From Candidatus Cloacimonadota bacterium (GTDB lineage: Bacteria > Cloacimonadota > Cloacimonadia > Cloacimonadales > TCS61), in contig JAGYMQ010000047.1 of the NCBI GenBank assembly GCA_018400535.1, positions 4,997 to 68,996 of the forward strand: 64,000 nt of DNA, read 5' to 3'. Of the stretch, positions 40,214-49,322 are shown piece after piece. A program made the translations under genes and the position numbers. The notes beneath the pieces are model-generated. The model was given only the letters and a program-made list of their open reading frames with translations. It searched no databases and was not told the origin of the DNA. The stretch's first letter is position 1. Every line of letters starts with the position of its first letter.

Positions 40214-40449
40214 ACTTTTCTTCAATTCAATATCATCACTTCGATAATTTCTTGCATTGTAATGAGTTGCGATTTATCTTAAGAATTTTTTACAATGTTC
40301 AGATATTCTTTATCACTTTCAGTTTATCAGAATGTAACCACAAGAAAATGACGCTCATATTAAACTATCCGAAATACTTAAAGATTGTGAAAATAAATCA
40401 TTGACCAGTATTCATCTTTCAAACAAATGAATAAAAAAATTTCTGGGAA

Positions 40450-42261
40450 ATGAGTATGAAAGTCAAATTTATTTATCAGCCACCGATTGGTGGTGAACAT
40501 GATATATATCTTGCTGGCAGTTTCAATAACTGGCAGACTGATGAATTGAAATTGCAAGAAAGCAATGGAATTTATGAGATCGAGATCGACCTGGCAGAAG
40601 GCAGATATGAGTATAAATTTATTGTAGATGGAGATTGGAAATTGGATAATGCAGCGGAAGCTGTCGAAGATAAATTTGGTAATATAAATTCAATTATTGA
40701 TGTTGGAGAAGAAAAGATTTTCAAACAAGAAAAGAAGTTAGAAAATTTTCACACTCCAAATTGGGTGAAAGATGGAATAATTTATCAGATCTTCACCGAT
40801 CGATTTTGTAATGGCGATAGCAAGCTCAATCCCGATTTTTCTGAATGGTATTATCAAAAGAAAAATGAATTAGATCCTGCAGCTCGTGAACAGAAATATG
40901 AATTTGTGAAAGATTGGAATGATACAGAAAAATTGAAAACAGCTGTAAATCGCGATTTCCTTTTTTATGGCGGAGACCTTTTGGGCGTGAAAAAAAAACT
41001 GGATTATCTGGTTGAACTTGGTGTCACGATCATCTATTTTAATCCGTTGGTGAAAGCTGCTTCCAATCACAAATATGACGCTTATGATTATTATCAGGTC
41101 GATCCTCATTTCGGTTCTAATGAAGATTTTATCGATCTTGTTCAAGCCTGTCATCAGAAAGAGATAAAAGTTATCGTAGATTTTGCCTTCAATCACGTGG
41201 GCATCGGATTTTTTGCTTTTCAAGATAGTATTGAAAAAGGAAAAAACTCAAAATATTATCATTGGTTTGATTGGAATAAGTGGCCACTTCCCGAAAAAAT
41301 CGATCAAAATTTTAATGCAAAAAAATATTATCAATGCTGGTGGGGACACGCTATCATGCCAGATCTTAATTTTGATCTCAAACGTTTCCATCCTGATGAA
41401 AATTTTGTGAAAGATATTGCTGAAGCTGAAGTGAATTGGGATATCGTGAACTATCTTTTAAAAGTCTGCGAATTCTGGCTGACCACATTCGATATCGATG
41501 GTTTTCGTTTGGATATCCCAAATGAAGTTCCCTTTTGGTTCTGGCAAAAATTCAGAAAAAAAGTAAAAAACCTGAAACCAGATGCTTACCTTGTGGGCGA
41601 AATCTGGCATAATGCTGAAGAATGGATCAATAATGACTATTTTGATGCTGTGATGAACTATAAATATTTCAAAGATCCTGTTTATGATTTCTTCTGCTTA
41701 CAAAAAATCTCACCTCAAAATTTTATGAAAAAAATTCTCGCTGGTCTGCGCCATTACCCGAAAGAAGCAACCATGGTGATGATGAACCTTTTAGATAGTC
41801 ATGACACTTTTCGCTTTCTGGAAGCAGCCCGTGGAAATATCAATAAACTGAAACTGGCTCTGATCTTTCAAATGACAACGATCGGCACTCCTCATATTTT
41901 TTATGGAGATGAGGTTGGAATGCGAGGTGGACACGATCCTGATAATCGCCGCCCATTTGATTGGAAATATTTCGAAGATCCACAAAAAATAACTTTGCGC
42001 AATTTCTATCGAAAATTGATATCTTTACGCAAAGAATATAAAGCTCTGCGACGTGGTGAATTAAAGCTCATTTCCACAAAAAATGATCTTCTTTTTTATC
42101 AACGAAAATTGGGAAAGGAAGAATTATTTATTCTGATCAATAACAATCAAACTTCCAGAAAATGCTCTGATATCAATCAAACATTTTATGATCTTATTTC
42201 TGAAAATTTTGTTAAAACAAAGGAAATTCCAGAAATGAGCGGAATGATCCTGAAAAAGTAA
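40450..42261 (+). CDS. GH13 alpha-glucan hydrolase (cyclomaltodextrinase/neopullulanase type) with N-terminal CBM48-like domain
   Basis: LAGSFNNW..YEYKFIVDG, YQIFTDRF, DFAFNH, DGFRLD, GEIW, LDSHD, YGDEVG. Confidence 0.92.
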   Translation: MSMKVKFIYQPPIGGEHDIYLAGSFNNWQTDELKLQESNGIYEIEIDLAEGRYEYKFIVDGDWKLDNAAEAVEDKFGNINSIIDVGEEKIFKQEKKLENFHTPNWVKDGIIYQIFTDRFCNGDSKLNPDFSEWYYQKKNELDPAAREQKYEFVKDWNDTEKLKTAVNRDFLFYGGDLLGVKKKLDYLVELGVTIIYFNPLVKAASNHKYDAYDYYQVDPHFGSNEDFIDLVQACHQKEIKVIVDFAFNHVGIGFFAFQDSIEKGKNSKYYHWFDWNKWPLPEKIDQNFNAKKYYQCWWGHAIMPDLNFDLKRFHPDENFVKDIAEAEVNWDIVNYLLKVCEFWLTTFDIDGFRLDIPNEVPFWFWQKFRKKVKNLKPDAYLVGEIWHNAEEWINNDYFDAVMNYKYFKDPVYDFFCLQKISPQNFMKKILAGLRHYPKEATMVMMNLLDSHDTFRFLEAARGNINKLKLALIFQMTTIGTPHIFYGDEVGMRGGHDPDNRRPFDWKYFEDPQKITLRNFYRKLISLRKEYKALRRGELKLISTKNDLLFYQRKLGKEELFILINNNQTSRKCSDINQTFYDLISENFVKTKEIPEMSGMILKK

Positions 42262-42720
42262 CTCAACATTCCAATGTTGAGCTCATCTCACAAAAATAGC
42301 AAAAAAGAAACCACGAATTTACTCGAATTGACACAAATGATATAATGTAAAAAGTCTGAACCACAGATTTTCACAGATTACACGAATTGCACGGAATGAA
42401 GAATATTTGATTTATAAATTAAAAATTTAAAATTAAGCATTCAAAACTTTCCCCGCTCTTTCTCCCTTCTCCCTTCTCCCTTCTCCCTTTTCCCCATTTT
42501 CTTCTTCCTTCGACTCCGCTCAGGATGACAAAGTAAATAGGGTTTGAGGTTTTGGGTTTTGGGTGTTGGTAAATAATTCAGGATAACAAATGATTTCTTA
42601 CTTTCAACATTCAACTTTTTTTTCTCTTCATTCTTTCTAAACCCCTAAACTTCTAAACTTCTAAACCTTTAGCCCCTAAACCCCTATCTCCCCATTCTCC
42701 TTGCTTCTCTCCGTTTCCCT
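42262..42720. repeat. Intergenic stack of several different short tandem-repeat and REP-like motifs
   Basis: Palindrome CTCAACATT-CC-AATGTTGAG (42262-81); 9-10-mer CACGAAT/CACAGAT arrays (42309-38, 42359-97); AAATTAA-type heptamers (about 42416-45); (TTCTCCC)x4+ (42460-95); CCTTCGACTCCGCTCAGGATGACA (42507-30); GGGTTTT heptamers (42539-69); TTCAACA x2 (42603-15); CTAAACYY octamers (42637-86). Confidence 0.85.
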
Positions 42721-43042
42721 TTTACGAAAAAAGAACTGCAAAGGATTTCTTATTTTTACGTTTTTTTACTTGCAAGATTTTCAGAATTTTCAAATCTGAA
42801 AAAAATTTATTGAGTGATCATTATAAAATTTTTTTTTGGTAACTCAGAGATATGGTTGCAAAAAAGATGTGCAGGTCAATTAAGTTGATGATCAAAATTA
42901 TCAGCTATATTTGTAAAATTTTAATTCACAGCGCTGAAGAATTGTTGGAAAGTTTCTCTATCACATAATTCACTTTCACTTTTGAAGAGAAACAAGAAGA
43001 ACGTGCAATCTGCCAGCCATTAAGCGAAAAAAGGAGCGAACA

Positions 43043-45283
43043 ATGAAGAAATTATTTTTTCTAACAATTTGGATATTGATATTTATTAGCCAAATTTCTG
43101 CGAATGAAGCAAATATCATCTATCAAGATCTGAATGATCTCACTGTCGAGGAAAATCAAGTTGCCCGTGTGAAAAATTTTCGGTTCAGCAAAGATGCTGC
43201 TGAATTTGATCTGCTGGAAGGACAGCTGATTTTGCTATCTCCAGTAAATCAAAGAAAAGTGGCTGCAATTTTTACGGGTAAAGGAAATTTCTCTTTTGTT
43301 CCACCCACCGAAGTGAGTAAAAGAAGTTTATATTCCGAATACAAAGTAGAAGAATATCGCAGAAATTTTGATTTTCTTTTTATTATCTTCAATAGTGCAA
43401 TTTTAAATGAATTTCAAAAAAATCTGGAATTTTCCTATCAAAAGATCGAAGAAGACTATGACAGCACAATTCAGAAATGTCTGAAATATCTTTATGATCA
43501 TAAAAATGAGAATGAATATGATGAAAAATTGATCAGGGCAATACTGAGTGATGAATTGAAAAATTATCTTTATGTCCAATTAATTAGTAATTCAAATAAA
43601 TATGAACCGATCTTTTTTGAATATGATCCCGCCAGTATCGAAGAAGTGACTTTTTCCAAACGTCAGAAACGCATAACGATGGCAGATAATTATCGTGAAA
43701 TAGTCTGTTCTTTTCATTGTGAAGAAGACAGAATCTCTGGAACTGATCCAAGTCTGGAAACTAAAGATCAGATCACGATTGATCAATATATTATCGTGGC
43801 TGATATTTCCACTCGATTGGATTTTTCTGCTAATTGTAAAATTAAATTTAGCGGATTGAATCCCTACAGCCGATGGATCAATTTCAGAATTTTGCAGGAA
43901 TTGGAAATTGACAGAGTTCATGATGAAGAAGGAAATATACTCAATTTCTATAAAAAGAAGGATGGAGTAGATCTTTGGCTGGAATTATCTGAAACAATCG
44001 CAAAAGATCAGCAAAAAACAATTTCGATCGATTATCATGGAGACTTGATCTATCAGGGTGGAAATATCGTGAAGATCCGAAATTATAATTTCTGGTATCC
44101 TCATTTTCCTTCTTTTCAATTCAAACAATTTGATATCACTTTCCATTATCCAGAAAATTATGATCTGATAAGCGTTGGTAAAAAAGTATTTGAAGAAAAA
44201 AAAGATAAATTTAAAACTACAAACTGGAAAACAGTTCATCCTGTAAATTTTGCACCGTTCAATATGGGAAAATTCAAGCATGAAAAATTCCGCCATAAAG
44301 ATTTACCGCTTCTTTCACTTTATCTGGATAAAAACCTGGAAGATGCCAAAGCTGATGTGGCAAACAGCATTGAATTTTATCAAAATATTTATGGCGATTG
44401 TATCTATGATACTCTGACAGTTGTAGAAATTCCTGTATTACTTTCCGGGCAGGCATTTCCAGGTCTGGTCAATTTTTACTCCGATGATTTTCTGACCGAT
44501 GCAGTTTACAAAGTATATACAGATATCAATATTAACAAATCGGATTTTGTGCAATTGCGAGCTCATGAAGTGGCACATCAATGGTGGGGTTGCGGTGTGA
44601 AAATCAGAACATATCACGAGAAATGGCTCTTTGAAGGTTTGGCAGAATTCAGCAGCCTCTGGTTTCTGCAATCTTCCTTGAACGATAACGTAAAATATTT
44701 TAATATCCTGGATAAATGGCGCAATGCTATTATCGAACAACACTATCTCAAGCGTAAAGAAAATAAGCAGGATGCTCCCGTCTGGCTCGGTTCGCGAGCT
44801 CCCTATTACATAAATTATGGAAAAGGGGCCTGGATCTTTCATATGCTGCGCAATCTGATGATCGACCTGAAAACCTTTGACGAAACCAAATTTAAGGCAA
44901 TGCTAAGAGATTTTTATCATTCATATCAACATAAAAGTGCATCAACAAAAGATTTTCAAAACATTGTGAAAAAACATATCGGCGCAGATAGTGATTGGTT
45001 TTTTGATCAATGGGTCTATGGTAACGAAATTCCCAAGTTTGAATTCGATTATGATATCGTGAAAGGGAAAGAGACGAAATATAAAGCTATCTGCAAGATC
45101 AAACAGAAAAACGTCAGTCCAGATTTTATCAGCTATATACCTTTTGAAATAGATTTTGGAAATGAACGTTTGATCAGAAAACGTGTTCTGATCGAAGGTG
45201 CAGGAAAGGAATTCGAGATCAATTTACCGATCAAACCGAAAAAAATTACTTTCAATATCTTTGATTCGGTTCTGGCTGAGTAG
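43043..45283 (+). CDS. Secreted M1 family zinc aminopeptidase
   Basis: AGGAG RBS, signal peptide, AHEVAHQWWG (HExxH) with WLFEGLAEF, YGKGAWIFHMLR, WFFDQWV. Confidence 0.88.
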   Translation: MKKLFFLTIWILIFISQISANEANIIYQDLNDLTVEENQVARVKNFRFSKDAAEFDLLEGQLILLSPVNQRKVAAIFTGKGNFSFVPPTEVSKRSLYSEYKVEEYRRNFDFLFIIFNSAILNEFQKNLEFSYQKIEEDYDSTIQKCLKYLYDHKNENEYDEKLIRAILSDELKNYLYVQLISNSNKYEPIFFEYDPASIEEVTFSKRQKRITMADNYREIVCSFHCEEDRISGTDPSLETKDQITIDQYIIVADISTRLDFSANCKIKFSGLNPYSRWINFRILQELEIDRVHDEEGNILNFYKKKDGVDLWLELSETIAKDQQKTISIDYHGDLIYQGGNIVKIRNYNFWYPHFPSFQFKQFDITFHYPENYDLISVGKKVFEEKKDKFKTTNWKTVHPVNFAPFNMGKFKHEKFRHKDLPLLSLYLDKNLEDAKADVANSIEFYQNIYGDCIYDTLTVVEIPVLLSGQAFPGLVNFYSDDFLTDAVYKVYTDININKSDFVQLRAHEVAHQWWGCGVKIRTYHEKWLFEGLAEFSSLWFLQSSLNDNVKYFNILDKWRNAIIEQHYLKRKENKQDAPVWLGSRAPYYINYGKGAWIFHMLRNLMIDLKTFDETKFKAMLRDFYHSYQHKSASTKDFQNIVKKHIGADSDWFFDQWVYGNEIPKFEFDYDIVKGKETKYKAICKIKQKNVSPDFISYIPFEIDFGNERLIRKRVLIEGAGKEFEINLPIKPKKITFNIFDSVLAE

Positions 45284-45336
45284 GTTATGATAATGCGGAA
45301 TATGAAAACTTGGAAAATAGGAAAAAGTTTTCTGAC

Positions 45337-45362
45337 AAAAGAGGCTCAAAAGAGTCTTTTTT
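45337..45362. terminator. Putative terminator between convergent genes
   Basis: AAAAGAGGCTC-AAAA-GAGTCTTTTTT. Confidence 0.6.
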
Positions 45363-45481
45363 GCAAAAGATGAGAAAGTGGTGAAATTTTAAACAGATAA
45401 AAAAAAGACCAAAATATAAGCTATTATTTTTAGTTTTTTAAATGAATGATTTTTGAGTTTGCAAGAGCTATCTAACTAGCT

Positions 45482-45949
45482 CTAGATATTTTTTTCTTCC
45501 AAATAATTTTTTATCCGCTGAGCATGATCTTTATCTTCTTCGTTCAGTTGCTGAAATATTTCTAACACTTTCGACGGTTTGTCTTCTGTCATAGCTTCTT
45601 GGAAATGAGCTTCTCCAGCTGAATTTTCCAATTGAAAAGCTGTTTGAAAAGCTTCTTTTCGAGTTCCTGGTATTTGTTTCCATTTCTCAATAATTTGGCG
45701 AATTTTTTCATTTTCTTCTTTGATTGTTTCTAATGAATCAGGCAATATTTCATCAGGGAAAAGTTTCATTTCTGCCAAATGTTCTTGGCCTGAACGTATC
45801 AAGGCAGCATGATTTTTTTCTTCCAAGGAAATTTCCCACCAAAAATCAGCATCTTCAGGAAAATAATCATGAAATATCGAATAAAGTTCATAAACGTTCA
45901 TTTCCAATTCAATCGCTTCTTGAAACAATTCATTTGTAATTTTCATCAT
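45482..45949 (-). CDS. Ferritin-like (rubrerythrin-domain) di-iron protein
   Basis: AIELE..Y, EEKNH, AFQLE, EDKDH four-helix-bundle pattern. Confidence 0.75.
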   Translation of the reverse strand: MMKITNELFQEAIELEMNVYELYSIFHDYFPEDADFWWEISLEEKNHAALIRSGQEHLAEMKLFPDEILPDSLETIKEENEKIRQIIEKWKQIPGTRKEAFQTAFQLENSAGEAHFQEAMTEDKPSKVLEIFQQLNEEDKDHAQRIKNYLEEKNI

Positions 45950-45954
45950 CTCTC

Positions 45955-46410
45955 CTATTTAAACAAAATTTCTATTAAATCTTTTGGTTCTAACCTGTGT
46001 TTTGCGCCCTTACCTTCAAAAAAACCATGAGCACGGATCATGTGAATATTTAACGGTGTCCAGCTAATTTTCAGATTTTTGTGTAGATTGTTTAGAGTTA
46101 TTTCACCTTTACGAAATAATCCGGGATGATCAAAAGGACAAGGAATTTTACCTCTCACCGTATCATATTCAATCTCATAAATTTGATCGATAATAACATT
46201 TCCATCATAATGAGAAAATGCTTCTTGCGAGAAAAACTCCATTCGATCGGCTATTTCTTCTTTAGTTTTGCCCAGGCGTTCTAAAACAGCTAAATCGGTG
46301 GCGACTATTTCGTGAATATGACGCTCATCTTCGCCCAAAAATCCTTGGGGTGAAATTCCGCTTTCTTGCAAATTTTGTCTTATTTTTTTTTCTTGTGGAG
46401 TTTCTTTCAT
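45955..46410 (-). CDS. Hypothetical protein directly downstream of the nqrF-like gene
   Basis: GAGG RBS; GFLG, RGKIPCPFDHPG, HMIRAHGFFEGKG; soluble, 151 aa. Confidence 0.75.
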   Translation of the reverse strand: MKETPQEKKIRQNLQESGISPQGFLGEDERHIHEIVATDLAVLERLGKTKEEIADRMEFFSQEAFSHYDGNVIIDQIYEIEYDTVRGKIPCPFDHPGLFRKGEITLNNLHKNLKISWTPLNIHMIRAHGFFEGKGAKHRLEPKDLIEILFK

Positions 46411-46420
46411 ATCAACCTCT

Positions 46421-47524
46421 TTAAGCGAATTTATCGTAATAAATATTTTCAGACGAAACGCCTTTCTTTTTCAATCCTTTTTCGACAGCATCGATCATTC
46501 CAGGACTACCACAAAGATAGGCTTCTGTATTTTTTGGATCTTTGATGAATTCATCAAAATAATTAGGCGCATAACCACATTTTCCATTCCAATTGCATTG
46601 TGCGGTGGGACGAGATAAAATCGGCAGATAAGTGAAGTCGGGGAATTGCTTTTCCAAATTCTGAAAATGTTCTGTGTAATAAAGATCTTTTCTGGCTCTG
46701 GCACCAAAGATATAGACCATACGGCGTTCAGTTTTGTGTTTGGAAAGGTATTCGATCATAGATTTGATAGGAGCTTTGCCAGAACCTCCAGCAATAAATA
46801 TCATATCAGCTTTTGAGTCTCTGATATAAAAATCTCCAAAAGGACCGGTGAAATTAACTTCTTCTCCTTCCTGTAAATATTCGTGCACCCAGGTTGTGCA
46901 AATGCCGTCAGGAACTTTGCGGATGATCAATTCTATTTCCTTGTTTTTATCCGGGGAAGAAGAGATAGAATAGGCTCGACTCACCGATTTTTTTATTTTC
47001 GCATATTTATTGGATTGGAGCTGAACATATTGTCCTGCTTTAAAATCAATTTCCTGCGGTTCAAGAAGTTGCAGATGCAGTTCTTTAATATCATGAGTAA
47101 GGTCTTTTATCTGAGAAACTTTTGCTTTGAATTTTTTGATATTGAAAATATCTTCCGGAATTTCGATCTTAATATCTTCTTTCACTTTCACCTGACAAGC
47201 CAGACGAAAATCATCTTTTATATCTTGCGGAGAAAGAAATGGTTTTTCCGTAGGAAGGATGGGACCTGCTCCAGCAGTAACTTTACAACGACAAAATCCA
47301 CAACTTCCTCGTCCACCGCAGGCAGAAGCGAGAAATATTTTATTCTCATTCAAAGTGGAAAGAAGCGAATCTCCACCTTCTACTTTCACTTCTTTTTTGT
47401 CATTGATCGTGATCTTACATTCTCCATAATTAGCAAAGACCAGATCAGCTATAACCAACAAAAAAGCCAGAATTCCGGAAATAGCAGAAACGATCAGGAC
47501 TGTGTTGATTATTCCAAACAACAT
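46421..47524 (-). CDS. nqrF: NqrF-like NADH oxidoreductase (TM anchor, [2Fe-2S], FAD/NAD-binding)
   Basis: N-terminal TM; SACGGRGSCGFC..RLAC; RAYSISS; GPFG; IAGGSG; YLCG; YDKF. Confidence 0.82.
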   Translation of the reverse strand: MLFGIINTVLIVSAISGILAFLLVIADLVFANYGECKITINDKKEVKVEGGDSLLSTLNENKIFLASACGGRGSCGFCRCKVTAGAGPILPTEKPFLSPQDIKDDFRLACQVKVKEDIKIEIPEDIFNIKKFKAKVSQIKDLTHDIKELHLQLLEPQEIDFKAGQYVQLQSNKYAKIKKSVSRAYSISSSPDKNKEIELIIRKVPDGICTTWVHEYLQEGEEVNFTGPFGDFYIRDSKADMIFIAGGSGKAPIKSMIEYLSKHKTERRMVYIFGARARKDLYYTEHFQNLEKQFPDFTYLPILSRPTAQCNWNGKCGYAPNYFDEFIKDPKNTEAYLCGSPGMIDAVEKGLKKKGVSSENIYYDKFA

Positions 47525-47534
47525 AAATTCTCCA

Positions 47535-48122
47535 TTATTGAATGATCACAACGCCGGAAAAGCCAATGAAAGCCAGCGCCATAATTCCCGTGATGATCAA
47601 GCTGAGACCAGCTCCGCGCAGACCGATCGGTACGAATTTTTCTTTCACTTTCTGACGAATGCCAGCAAGGGCAAGGATCGCTAATAGCCAACCCAAACCA
47701 CTACCAGCACCATAAGCAACAGATTGAACAAAGCTGTAGTTTCTGATGATCAAAAATAGCGAAACTCCCAAAATGGCACAATTCACGGTGATCAAAGGTA
47801 AAAAAATTCCCAAACTATAATAGAGAAGCGGTGAAAAGCGCTCAATGATGATCTCGATCAATTGCACAAAAGCTGCGATCACCAGAATGAAAATGATGTA
47901 TTGCAAATAGACGATGTTCATCGGAACGAGAATGTGATGATAAACAAGATAGTTCAAAGCAGAAGTCATAGTCATCACGAAAACGACAGCGAAACCGAGT
48001 CCGAGCGAAGATTCTATCTCTTTTGAAACGGAAAGAAAAGAACACATTCCCAGAAAATTTGTAAGCAGAATATTGCTGGTGAAGATCGCTGCCAAAAAAA
48101 TGATAAATGAACTCAATTCCAT
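47535..48122 (-). CDS. nqrE: NqrE/RnfA membrane subunit
   Basis: FLGMCSFLSVS, GIFLPLITVNCAILG. Confidence 0.82.
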   Translation of the reverse strand: MELSSFIIFLAAIFTSNILLTNFLGMCSFLSVSKEIESSLGLGFAVVFVMTMTSALNYLVYHHILVPMNIVYLQYIIFILVIAAFVQLIEIIIERFSPLLYYSLGIFLPLITVNCAILGVSLFLIIRNYSFVQSVAYGAGSGLGWLLAILALAGIRQKVKEKFVPIGLRGAGLSLIITGIMALAFIGFSGVVIIQ

Positions 48123-48123
48123 G

Positions 48124-48720
48124 TTATTTCACCTTTTCCTTTTTTGGACTATTGATGATCCAGATCAAGATCGCCAGCATGAAAAATGCGCTGGGTGCCA
48201 TCACCATGATCGACCATTTCGTCCACCAATCACCCAAGATCGTGAAACCGAAGATTGTGCCAAAGCCAAATAATTCGCGGACAAAAGAGATGATGATGAG
48301 AACGAGTGTATAACCCAAACCAGCACCAATTCCATCTATCAATGAATCAACTGGTGGATTTTTGCTGGAGAAAGCTTCTGCTCTACCCATAATAATGCAG
48401 TTTGTGATGATCAAGCCGACGTAAGGTCCCAGATTTTTGCTGATCTCAGGCAAAAAAGCCTTTAGAAAAAGATCGACAATTATCACATAAGAAGCGATGA
48501 TCAAAGTTTGCACCATCATCCTGATCCGTTTTGGAATATATTCGCGCAAAAGAGAGATCGTGAAGCTGGAAAGCGCTAATGTGAAGATCACTCCCAAGCC
48601 CATCACAAGACTATTGATCATCAGATTCGTAACTGCTAGCGCTGAGCAAATACCCAGAATTTGTTTCCAAACGGAATTTTCAGTGAAAGTGCTATTCAGG
48701 AAAATATCTTTTTTCGTCAT
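48124..48720 (-). CDS. nqrD: NqrD/RnfE membrane subunit
   Basis: QILGICSALAVT, VGLIITNCIIMGRAEAF, RELFG, PSAF. Confidence 0.82.
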   Translation of the reverse strand: MTKKDIFLNSTFTENSVWKQILGICSALAVTNLMINSLVMGLGVIFTLALSSFTISLLREYIPKRIRMMVQTLIIASYVIIVDLFLKAFLPEISKNLGPYVGLIITNCIIMGRAEAFSSKNPPVDSLIDGIGAGLGYTLVLIIISFVRELFGFGTIFGFTILGDWWTKWSIMVMAPSAFFMLAILIWIINSPKKEKVK

Positions 48721-49322
48721 TTCAGAACCTTCAAAATTTCGCTGTATTCTTCTTCGATCATTTTCAGCACAGAGCGACTGGAAAGAGTTGCTCCCGTGAT
48801 CTGATTGATCTGAGCTTTATTCGTGTTTTCATCTTCAGAAACTAATTGGAACTCTACAATTTCGCCATTTTCCAAAAGCACTTTTTTGCGAAATTGATCT
48901 TTGAACCAATCTTCTGTGATCCTACCACCCAAGCCAGGTGTTTCGTTCTGGTCAACGATCTCCAAATTGATTATTCTCTGGAAATCTGGCGTGACAGCTA
49001 TCAGAGCATTGATGGAGCCCCAAAGGCCTTTTCCATTTATAGGAAAGCAATAGCCGATCAATTTCCCCGATCTTTCTGCAATATAATAATTTCTGTTTTG
49101 CAAATTTTGAATTTTGATAAATTTATCAAAATTTTGCACGTCATCAGCAGGCAGATCGAAGGAGTTCAAAACCAATTTCTTCTCAGTATTTTCTTTGAGA
49201 GTATTTACCTTTTTTTCTGTCAAAAGATAAAAGGCAGATAAGATGCTGATAAAGAAAGCGGTTATGATCACCATAAAAAATATTGAATAAAAGCGCGTTT
49301 CGATGAATCTTTTTTTAGCCAC
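48717..49322 (-). CDS. nqrC: NqrC/RnfG FMN-binding subunit
   Basis: TM anchor, GKGLWG, ETPGLGGRI, ITGATLSS flavinylation motif. Confidence 0.82.
   Translation of the reverse strand: MAKKRFIETRFYSIFFMVIITAFFISILSAFYLLTEKKVNTLKENTEKKLVLNSFDLPADDVQNFDKFIKIQNLQNRNYYIAERSGKLIGYCFPINGKGLWGSINALIAVTPDFQRIINLEIVDQNETPGLGGRITEDWFKDQFRKKVLLENGEIVEFQLVSEDENTNKAQINQITGATLSSRSVLKMIEEEYSEILKVLK

Noticed and set aside
40123..40404. 93-aa ORF
   Set aside because: It overlaps tRNA-Pro and continues into AT-rich intergenic sequence; it has no RBS.
42262..42720. CRISPR array or telomere interpretation of the repeat stack
   Set aside because: There is no constant 23-47-bp repeat with unique spacers and no cas gene. 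The CTAAACCC/GGGTTT units are internal, few and degenerate, so the telomere resemblance is superficial.
42830..43040. Riboswitch in the long leader of the M1 peptidase
   Set aside because: Only weak hairpins are visible (e.g. AGTTGATGAT/ATTATCAGCT) and I recognise no aptamer consensus; an Rfam search would settle it.
40136..45480. Genomic island integrated at tRNA-Pro
   Set aside because: I saw no integrase and no duplicated tRNA 3' end, and the downstream genes share the host's GATC-rich composition.
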